A stretch of DNA of 64,000 nucleotides, taken from contig JBLHUR010000002.1 of assembly GCA_047629805.1 (NCBI GenBank), positions 13,201-77,200 of the forward strand, given 5' to 3'. Positions 45,430 to 52,739 of this stretch are shown here, one piece after another. The DNA is from Akkermansiaceae bacterium (lineage in GTDB: Bacteria; Verrucomicrobiota; Verrucomicrobiia; Verrucomicrobiales; Akkermansiaceae). Position numbers and translations under genes: made by a program. The notes beneath the pieces were generated by a model, which saw only the letters and a list, made by a program, of their open reading frames with translations, did not search any database and was not told the DNA's origin. Numbering within the stretch: position 1 is the first letter of the stretch; each line of letters opens with the position of its first letter.

Positions 45430-46016
45430 TCTGTATTATTGATCGTCATTTCCTCATCGGTCGCCTTGGCGGTGAGAGGGTGAAAAGCGCGAGAGAGGAT
45501 AGCGTCGCCATTTTCCGAGATCAACTGGATCGCAAGAGGTTCACAAGGACTGTTGGGTTGGTGAATCCAGCGCTCCACTGTATTCTCTCCGACTAGCTTG
45601 AAGTCATTGCTGTTCCAACGTCGCACCCAAAGTGCGTATTTCGGATCAATTTTATAGACCCGGGGCCAGGACATGCTGTCGAGCGGTTTCAGCGACGGGG
45701 GCGTGCCGAGGTTTTCTGACAACTCCTCCGCAACTTTATCTTCAGGCTGAGCCAAGGGCATCATGCGCGCCTCCCCCTCCCGCAACTCGATTACGAACGG
45801 CTGCTGGTAGGAATAAGACATCGCGCGGGCTTGCTGGGCAAGATCCTCGATTCCGTGATGGGCTTCTCGAATCTCCTTCTCGATCTTGGGAGAGGAGATC
45901 ATGAAAGCCGCCGCGCCAAAGACGATGGCCACGATGCCCATCACCACAATCAGCTCAATCAAGGTGAAGCCAGCACGGCTCCCGATGAGGGTCTTTTGTT
46001 TTGATGATAAGCGCAT
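45426..46016 (-). CDS. gspH: minor pseudopilin, GspH-like
   Basis: It has the prepilin motif RAGFTLIELIVVMGIVAIV and is 196 aa. Confidence 0.75.
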   Translation of the reverse strand: MRLSSKQKTLIGSRAGFTLIELIVVMGIVAIVFGAAAFMISSPKIEKEIREAHHGIEDLAQQARAMSYSYQQPFVIELREGEARMMPLAQPEDKVAEELSENLGTPPSLKPLDSMSWPRVYKIDPKYALWVRRWNSNDFKLVGENTVERWIHQPNSPCEPLAIQLISENGDAILSRAFHPLTAKATDEEMTINNTE

Positions 46017-46058
46017 GGCAGTAGGATTACGGGTGAACGAGAGGCACCTTGGTGCTGA

Positions 46059-46517
46059 TTACCTTGGATCCTGATTACTTTGGTCATCATCTGACCCAAA
46101 AGCCTTGTCGGGACCGGCCGAAATGATCTCAGGTCGGCTGGCATCCTGCGTCCCGGGATACTGATACTTATACTTGGTGTCCCAAGGATCTAAGAGGGCC
46201 GCTTCGTCTTTCAGCGTTTTAATCCAGCGTCGCGGCCGGGGAGAATCGGCAGGCTTTTTCAAGAGAGCTTCAAGACCCTGCGAAGTCGAGGGATACACGC
46301 CCCCGATGTTTTTGTATTGCTCCAAATTGGACTCAAAACTTGTCATATCCTGATCGGTCGTCCCCACTTTGGCCGACTCACTAATCTTACCCATGCTGTA
46401 AATAGCACCGCCCAGAATGAGGCCGATGATTCCCATAACGATCACCATTTCGAAGAGGCTGAAGCCGCGAGCCATGCGCGGACTGACTTGGTTATTTTCC
46501 TTGGATTGAATTTTCAT
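46059..46517 (-). CDS. gspG: major pseudopilin GspG
   Basis: It has the motif ARGFSLFEMVIVMGIIGLILG. The GspG body motifs are YPSTSQGLEALL and DPWDTKYKYQYPG. Confidence 0.9.
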   Translation of the reverse strand: MKIQSKENNQVSPRMARGFSLFEMVIVMGIIGLILGGAIYSMGKISESAKVGTTDQDMTSFESNLEQYKNIGGVYPSTSQGLEALLKKPADSPRPRRWIKTLKDEAALLDPWDTKYKYQYPGTQDASRPEIISAGPDKAFGSDDDQSNQDPR

Positions 46518-46560
46518 GATTCCCTTGAGTTGAGGTTACATTGATAGAAACGCCTTCCGA

Positions 46561-46585
46561 CTGAAAAGTTGTCAGTTCTTTTCAG
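46561..46585. promoter_or_regulatory. inverted repeat in the divergent gspG / arginase-fold gene control region
   Basis: CTGAAAAG-ttgtcagtt-CTTTTCAG is a perfect 8-bp arm pair. It lies 44 nt upstream of the gspG start codon on the minus strand. Confidence 0.3.
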
Positions 46586-46662
46586 AAAAACCGACGGGAA
46601 TTTTCTTCCGAAAGGGGAGAGGCACGAACTAAATTCGCCCCAGCCCCCCAAATAACAACTTA

Positions 46663-47496
46663 ATGTCTCTGCAAGTGACCCCCGCGCCGACGCCCTTTGT
46701 CGGAGCTTCTCAACAAACTTACGCCTCCGTCCCCGCCCTTCTTGGCCTTCCCGGGACCGCAAGAGTTCCCGATTTGATCCGCGAGGCCGCGCAGCGTCTT
46801 GAAACCTACTCGCCTGAGATCGACGCCGATCTGGAAGAGGTCATTTTTACCGATTACGGAAATTTGACTCTCCATGCGGATGGCCTTGAAGAAAACGCCC
46901 GCCTTGTCGGAGATGCCTGCCGAGCGATCGGAAATACCGAAGCCATTCCCTTCTTTCTCGCCCGGGATTCCCGTTTCACGGCCTCCGCGATCAGAGCCAC
47001 GATGGACCGCTACCCCGAACTTGAGGTCGTAAATCTAGGCGCTCGACCCAATGTCCTGGAGGAATTTGAAGGCTCAAAATGGCATGCTCGCACTTCAATG
47101 AAGCGCGTGCTCGACCGACTCCCGGCAAGCCGCCTAAAACACCTCGGGGTCCGCTGCGGGACGAAGGAGGAATTTGCGCTCATGGCCGACGAGGGCTCCG
47201 TCATTTCAGCCGAAGATCTCCCCGGAGTCGCAAAAAACGGCCTCTATCTCAGCCTACACCTCAGTCTCTTTGATCCCTGCTCCGTTCCCGGGGTCGCCCA
47301 TCCAGAGCCCGGTGGGATCAACTGGGACGAATTCGCAGAAATCATTGCGCTCATCCCTTGGGACCGGGTCAAGGCCTGCGACTTAGTCGGGCTGGAGCCC
47401 TCCGGCGATCATACCGGGTTCTCCAATCTCGTCGCCGCGAAGGTTGCGCGGGAGGTCATTCTCTCGCTCGCTAAAAAGCCTGCTCCACAAGATTGA
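46663..47496 (+). CDS. arginase/agmatinase-fold (ureohydrolase-like) protein with degenerate metal-binding motifs
   Basis: The C-terminal block YLSLHLSLFDPCSVPGVAHPEPGGI aligns by eye with the ureohydrolase S-x-D-x-D-x-x-D-P...PG...EPGG motif, but both Asp ligands are replaced. The GGDHS-like region is LARDSRF and the DAHxD-like region is LGARPN. Confidence 0.65.
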   Translation: MSLQVTPAPTPFVGASQQTYASVPALLGLPGTARVPDLIREAAQRLETYSPEIDADLEEVIFTDYGNLTLHADGLEENARLVGDACRAIGNTEAIPFFLARDSRFTASAIRATMDRYPELEVVNLGARPNVLEEFEGSKWHARTSMKRVLDRLPASRLKHLGVRCGTKEEFALMADEGSVISAEDLPGVAKNGLYLSLHLSLFDPCSVPGVAHPEPGGINWDEFAEIIALIPWDRVKACDLVGLEPSGDHTGFSNLVAAKVAREVILSLAKKPAPQD

Positions 47497-47974
47497 TAGC
47501 GGGCTTCTTTCCCTCCTCTAAAATAATCTCCACGACGTCATACCGCCAAGAAATCTCACGGCGGGCATCTTGGTTGGTCTTGGGATCGACTTCCCGGCCC
47601 AGGAGACGAAGCCATTCCGTGGCCCCGCGTGAGATAAGCGCTTTTTTCTCGGTATTCACCGCTCGCATCGGACGTCCAAAATCCCGACGGGTCCGCGTCT
47701 TAACCTCGGCAAAAATGAGAAGCTTTCGCGACTCGCCGCCCCGAAAAACGAGATCAACCTCTCCTCCTTTTGGAGCACGGAAATTTCGATAGAGGAGCTT
47801 CCAGCCGATCGACTGGAGATACTTCGCCGCAATTTTTTCTCCAAGGTCTCCGATTTGTTGACTACTAAGATTCGTCAGGCGGGAGGATGAGCTGAGCAAC
47901 CGGCTGGAACGAGCGACGGTGGATCGGACACGGACCCAAAATCCGAAGCGCTTCGAGATGTCTTTTGGTTCCAT
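47471..47974 (-). CDS. yraN: YraN-family (UPF0102) endonuclease-like protein
   Basis: It contains GDLGEKIAAKYLQSIGWKLLYRNF, GGEVDLVF, LIFAEVKTR and YDVVEI. The start is uncertain. Candidates between 48040 and 47899 all overlap the rnhB 3' end. Confidence 0.75.
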   Translation of the reverse strand: MEPKDISKRFGFWVRVRSTVARSSRLLSSSSRLTNLSSQQIGDLGEKIAAKYLQSIGWKLLYRNFRAPKGGEVDLVFRGGESRKLLIFAEVKTRTRRDFGRPMRAVNTEKKALISRGATEWLRLLGREVDPKTNQDARREISWRYDVVEIILEEGKKPAINLVEQAF

Positions 47975-48482
47975 AGCCTTTATGTTTTTCGAATCCATAA
48001 CCGGGATAGCGAACCGCCGCCTCCCGCATGATGCGATCACGGGTCACTTTCGCAAATATACTGGCGGTGGCAATGGAAAGACTCTTCGAATCGCCTTTTA
48101 CAATCCCAACATGCGAAAAAGGGAAGTTTGGAACCGGTAAGCCATCGATCAAGCACATCCCGGGATCTAGGCCCAAGGCTCTCACCGCCCTTTCCATTCC
48201 GAGATGGGTTGCTCGGAGGACATTCACTTCATCCACTTCGTCCGCTTCCACCAAACTCACGGCCCACTGAATGTCCTCCCGTAAGACCAGTTCATCATAC
48301 AAAGCTTCCCGCTTCTTTTCGCTGAGCTTCTTGGAATCATCAATCACCGGATGCGAAAACCCAGCTGGAATAATGGCCGCCCCCACCGAGACCGGTCCCG
48401 CAAGCGGACCTCGCCCCGCTTCATCCACTCCGATGACAATTCCTAACTCGGCGTAACGTTTTTCAAATTCAAGGTCGGGCAT
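47865..48482 (-). CDS. rnhB: ribonuclease HII
   Basis: It contains GVDEAGRGPLAGPVSVGAAI and DSKKLS. I prefer the start at ATG 48482 (MPDLEFEKRY) over 48605. Confidence 0.9.
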   Translation of the reverse strand: MPDLEFEKRYAELGIVIGVDEAGRGPLAGPVSVGAAIIPAGFSHPVIDDSKKLSEKKREALYDELVLREDIQWAVSLVEADEVDEVNVLRATHLGMERAVRALGLDPGMCLIDGLPVPNFPFSHVGIVKGDSKSLSIATASIFAKVTRDRIMREAAVRYPGYGFEKHKGYGTKRHLEALRILGPCPIHRRSFQPVAQLILPPDES

Positions 48483-48608
48483 AGGGGAAAGAGTAATTTC
48501 CCCTGATTTGCGCAACGCAGCCCCCTTTTGCAAGCCTCCCTTCATCCTCTCCTCCTCCACCATCGCTGAAAAAATTGCACTCCCGGCAAGACCCGCTACC
48601 ATCACAGG

Positions 48609-49925
48609 ATGGAAACCCGCTTTCTAAAAGTTCATGGCCTCTGGGCTGCCGGTCTGGTCGGAGCGTTCCTTCTGGGCTCAAAGTCACAGACCCAGAAATC
48701 GACTTTAGTTCAAGACCGCGGTTCGAATTCATCATCCCGCTCCGAAAGAGCCACCGGAGCCCGCAGCGCTTCCGTGGAAGGAGGTATTTCCGCCAGAACT
48801 TCCTCGCGCAACGGTCACTCCGCACCGGAAACCGAGGACCTCCTCTCGCAACTTTTTAACGCCTCCTCCTTTTCAGTCAACGGTATCGAGACTCTTTCCA
48901 AGGAAGCTTTCAGCGACCCCAACCCCGTCAAACGACGTCTCGCTTTTAGCAAGCTCCTCGCAGGAATGACTCCTGAAAATGCCGCCGCGATGCGTGATCA
49001 ACTTACGGCACTCGGGGCCGGTGGATCGGAGTGGCGTGACTTCAATTACGCTTGGGGAGCCCTCGCCGGGGAGGACGCTTTCACCAACGCCCTGAGCTCA
49101 GATAAGCGGGATCTTGAGTCCCTGATCAGTGGCTGGGCTGCCGTAGATCCATCCGGTGCCATCGCCATGATCTCCAATCTCCCTGAAAATCTTGCCGACC
49201 AAAAAGGCCGCCTTGAAAACGGCATCGTGGCCGGCCTTGCTGATCGCGATCGCGATGAAGCCTTCAATTACGTCAGCACCCTTGCCGCCGAAGGTCGTAA
49301 GGACGCCCCCAGACTTATGGAAATCGTTGCGAACGAGGTCATTCGCAAAGGTGGACCAGAGGAAGCTTCAGTCTGGGTTGCGGGCCTTGCCGACGGCCCA
49401 CTCAAAGGGTCGGCCATGAATGAAGTGGCTGAACGATACGTCCGCAATGACCCCGAAGCCGCTTCCCAGTGGATCGAGAAGTTCGCCACTGAAGATTACG
49501 CCGCTCGTGCCGTCCGCGAAGTTGGTAAAGAGTGGGCCGAAAAAGAGCCACTCGCCGCGGTCACTTGGCTCGACAAACTTCCCGAAGGTGAAGGGCAAAA
49601 AGCCGGCCTCAATTCTGCCTTTGGTGACTGGGAGGACAAAGACCCTGTCGCTGCCGGTGAGTATCTCATGTCGATGCCTAGTTCATCGAAACGCGACTCC
49701 GCCATTGCCGGCTTCGCCGCTGGATACGCTTATCAAGATCCCGAAACCGCCATCGCGTGGGCCCGCGACATCTCCGATCCCAATCTCCGCAACCAATCTC
49801 TCACTCGCGTCGGAGAAGCCTTCTTCCGCCGCAGTCCCGAGGAGGCCAAAGCCTGGCTTCCCGAAAGCGGTCTCTCGCCTGAAGCTCAAACCGCTATCCA
49901 ACAACCCCGCCGCCGCCGCCGTTAG
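48609..49925 (+). CDS. secreted or anchored alpha-solenoid repeat protein, hypothetical
   Basis: It has an N-terminal hydrophobic segment LWAAGLVGAFLLG. At least 8 repeats of about 35-40 aa carry a DPxxAxxW(L/I) signature (NDPEAASQWIEKF, KEPLAAVTWLDKL, QDPETAIAWARDI, RSPEEAKAWLPES). Confidence 0.7.
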   Translation: METRFLKVHGLWAAGLVGAFLLGSKSQTQKSTLVQDRGSNSSSRSERATGARSASVEGGISARTSSRNGHSAPETEDLLSQLFNASSFSVNGIETLSKEAFSDPNPVKRRLAFSKLLAGMTPENAAAMRDQLTALGAGGSEWRDFNYAWGALAGEDAFTNALSSDKRDLESLISGWAAVDPSGAIAMISNLPENLADQKGRLENGIVAGLADRDRDEAFNYVSTLAAEGRKDAPRLMEIVANEVIRKGGPEEASVWVAGLADGPLKGSAMNEVAERYVRNDPEAASQWIEKFATEDYAARAVREVGKEWAEKEPLAAVTWLDKLPEGEGQKAGLNSAFGDWEDKDPVAAGEYLMSMPSSSKRDSAIAGFAAGYAYQDPETAIAWARDISDPNLRNQSLTRVGEAFFRRSPEEAKAWLPESGLSPEAQTAIQQPRRRRR

Positions 49926-50095
49926 GCTAATAAAATCAGTTCGATTTTCTTGAAAAATGGCGATCGCTTTTCCCGATTGCGGCAGTGGTTGGGTATCAAA
50001 CATTTTCTTCTCAACCTTTTCCGATGAAATCTATCTTCCTTTCCTTTCTCCTAATCGGGACCACCACCGCCCAAGTTATTCACCAGCGTAACGAC

Positions 50096-50278
50096 TCAGG
50101 ACCCTTGTGCAAGGGAGATGCCAAGTTTGCTGGGGCGGTTGATTAGGTCACTCAAGGTTGCCAGCATCGCGCGGCCTTGCTTGCGGGCACTTGAGATGAT
50201 GCTGCGGATATCACAAAATCCTTTGGCGTGGTCCTGCCATCTGCGGCACGCACTCGAAATACAAGCGGTCGCTTGCAG
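50096..50278 (-). pseudogene. remnant of an IS66-family transposase C-terminus
   Basis: The minus-strand open frame has no start codon. It reads LQATACISSACRRWQDHAKGFCDIRSIISSARKQGRAMLATLSDLINRPSKLGISLAQGS-stop. FCxIRSxISxxRKQGxxxLxxL matches my recollection of the IS66 TnpC C-terminal domain. No upstream transposase body is present. Confidence 0.45.
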
Positions 50279-50516
50279 TCATCCTGGAAAGTCGATTTGA
50301 ATCCGCCGGCCATTGGGACGATCTTTGGCAAAAAATAGCAGCGTGAAACCACCGAAAAAAATCCCCCCCCTTGCCAAAGGAAGTCAGGACTGCCATCTTC
50401 ACCGAAATGAATGATCGGTGGTTTAATTCTTCACTTTGGCGAAGGAAACTCCGCCTCCCAAACGTTTCACATTACGAATCATCCTTACTTAGTCTTTGCT
50501 CACCCACGACGACCAC

Positions 50517-51773
50517 ATGTCCAACGATCCTCAGTCCCAGCCCTTCGCCGAGTCCCCTTTGCCGACAACTTCTATTCCAGAATATCCCCTTCCTGAAAAA
50601 TACGTCCCGCCCACTCCGCGAAAGATCAATGTCAATCTCATCCACTACATCGATAGCCTCCCACCCATGGTCCAGCCTGCGGCTACTGCCGCAGAGACTC
50701 CCGCGTCTCCCTCTCCATCTTCTTCTCCCAGCGCGCCAGAGCCTTCCGCGCCTGCTCCTGCACCCAGCAATAATGGCTCCCTTCCCGCCGACGACGTCGC
50801 CGCGGTCGACCAACTCGGCAAAAAATACCAAGCCCTTAAAACCGAGCTCGCCAAGGTCATCATCGGCCAAGAACAAGTCATCGAAGAACTCGCAATCTGC
50901 CTCTTCGCCCGAGGCCACGGACTCCTCATGGGTGTTCCCGGCCTCGCCAAAACCCTTCTTGTCTCCTGCATCGCCGAAACCCTGGACCTCGGTTTCAACC
51001 GTATCCAGTTCACCCCCGACCTCATGCCAGCCGATATCTCCGGCACCGACATCATTCAGGAGTCAGACACCGGCCGCCGCGAATTCCAATTCGTAAAAGG
51101 CCCCATCTTTGCGAACATCGTCCTCGCAGACGAGATCAACCGTGCTCCCGCCAAAACCCAGTCTGCCATGCTCGAGGCCATGCAGGAACGCCACGTCACC
51201 GTGCTGGGTCGGACCTATCCGCTCGCCCCTCCCTTTTTCGTCCTCGCCACCCAAAACCCAGTCGAGCAAGAAGGCACCTATCCCCTTCCCGAAGCCCAAC
51301 TTGACCGCTTCATGTTCCTCATCGAGGTCGACTACCCAAGTGCCGAAGAAGAAAAGCGCATCGCCCGCGAAACCACCGGAGTGGACAAGGCCAGTCTCAA
51401 TCCTCTCCTCACCGGTGAGGAAGTCATTCAATACCAAAGCCTCGTCCGCCGCGTCCCGGTCCCCGATCATATCTACGACTACGCCGTCGAAATCGTCCGC
51501 CGCACCCGCCCCGATACTCCCGATGCTCCCGAGTGGATCAAGGAATACGTCGGTTGGGGTGCCGGTCCTCGTGCTGTCCAATATCTCATTCTCGGCTGCA
51601 AAGCCCGTGCCGCCCTCCGCGGAACCTACATGGCCTCGCTCGAAGACATCGAAGCCGTCGCCGGCCCCGTCCTCGGCCACCGTGTCCTCACCAACTTCGC
51701 TGCCGAATCCCAAGGCATGACCTCCAAAAAGATCGTCGCCCGCCTCGTCGAAGAGATGCGCGATCATGTTTAA
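50517..51773 (+). CDS. MoxR-family AAA+ ATPase with Pro/Ser-rich N-terminal extension of about 100 aa
   Basis: It contains VIIGQEQVIEELAICLFARGHGLLMGVPGLAKT, ADEINRAPAKTQSAMLEAMQE and LATQNPVEQEGTYPLPEAQLDRF. Confidence 0.9.
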   Translation: MSNDPQSQPFAESPLPTTSIPEYPLPEKYVPPTPRKINVNLIHYIDSLPPMVQPAATAAETPASPSPSSSPSAPEPSAPAPAPSNNGSLPADDVAAVDQLGKKYQALKTELAKVIIGQEQVIEELAICLFARGHGLLMGVPGLAKTLLVSCIAETLDLGFNRIQFTPDLMPADISGTDIIQESDTGRREFQFVKGPIFANIVLADEINRAPAKTQSAMLEAMQERHVTVLGRTYPLAPPFFVLATQNPVEQEGTYPLPEAQLDRFMFLIEVDYPSAEEEKRIARETTGVDKASLNPLLTGEEVIQYQSLVRRVPVPDHIYDYAVEIVRRTRPDTPDAPEWIKEYVGWGAGPRAVQYLILGCKARAALRGTYMASLEDIEAVAGPVLGHRVLTNFAAESQGMTSKKIVARLVEEMRDHV

Positions 51774-51836
51774 ATGTCCAGCCCGGCGAGCTCAATAGGT
51801 CCCATAAGCCCTAGATGACCTATTCCTTCAGCTAGC

Positions 51837-52730
51837 ATGAAATACGACTTCCTAGACACAGACGTGCTCGCCCGACTCGGCGCGATCCCCTTGGAGTCAC
51901 GCACTCCCATGATCGGGAGCGTTGCCGGACGCCACCGTTCCCCGCACCGGGGCTCATCTGTCGAGTTCGCGGAATACCGCAAATATGTCCCGGGCGATGA
52001 CACCCGCCGCCTCGACTGGAAAGCCTACGCCCGCTCCGACCGTTACTACATCAAGGAGTTCGAGGCCGATACTAATCTCCGAGCCTACTTTGTCGTCGAT
52101 ACCTCGGCGTCCATGAACTTTGCCTCCGCCGATCATCCGACCAAGATCGACTTCGCCCGCCGCATCGCCGCCACACTTTCCTATCTCATCGTCAACCAAG
52201 GCGATTCCGCCGGACTGAGCTGCTGCAACGAAAAGCTCCACCTCGAAATTCCGCCCAGCCGACGCGCAGCCCAGCTTCAGGCCATCTTTGATTCTCTCCA
52301 AAATCTCGAGCCCAAAGGCGGAACTGGTCTCATCCCGGCTCTTCACCAGATTGCCGAAAAAGTCCAGCAACGCGCCCTTGTCATCATCCTTTCCGATCTC
52401 TTCGTCGATACCAACGAACTCGGCGAGGCCCTCCAACACCTCCGCTTTCGCAAGCACGATGTCGCGGTATTTCATCTCCTCGACCCGCAAGAGGTCGAAT
52501 TCCATTTCGAACGTCCCCACCGCTTTGTCGATCTCGAGGACGGCACCACCATCGTCGCCGAGCCACATCTCATCGCCGATGAATACCACGCCGCCCTTCG
52601 CGAATTTCTCGAGAACGTCGAAAAGAAGTGCCACGACATTCACGCCGATTATCACCTTTTCCAGACGAGTGCCAATTACGAGGAGATTGTCTCCAACTTC
52701 ATCACCGCTCGTCTCACCAAAAAACGCTAA
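51837..52730 (+). CDS. DUF58 / vWA-like protein (MoxR partner)
   Basis: It contains HRSPHRGSSVEFAEYRKYVPGDDTRRLDWKAYARSDRYYIKEFE, and VVDTSASM. Confidence 0.85.
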   Translation: MKYDFLDTDVLARLGAIPLESRTPMIGSVAGRHRSPHRGSSVEFAEYRKYVPGDDTRRLDWKAYARSDRYYIKEFEADTNLRAYFVVDTSASMNFASADHPTKIDFARRIAATLSYLIVNQGDSAGLSCCNEKLHLEIPPSRRAAQLQAIFDSLQNLEPKGGTGLIPALHQIAEKVQQRALVIILSDLFVDTNELGEALQHLRFRKHDVAVFHLLDPQEVEFHFERPHRFVDLEDGTTIVAEPHLIADEYHAALREFLENVEKKCHDIHADYHLFQTSANYEEIVSNFITARLTKKR

Positions 52731-52739
52731 ACTTCACCC

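Noticed and set aside
50024-50146. A 40-aa ORF with a signal-peptide-like N-terminus (MKSIFLSFLLIGTTTAQVIHQRNDSGPLCKGDAKFAGAVD).
   Set aside because: It is very short, has no obvious RBS, and its 3' third overlaps the IS66-remnant frame on the opposite strand. It cannot be supported from sequence alone.
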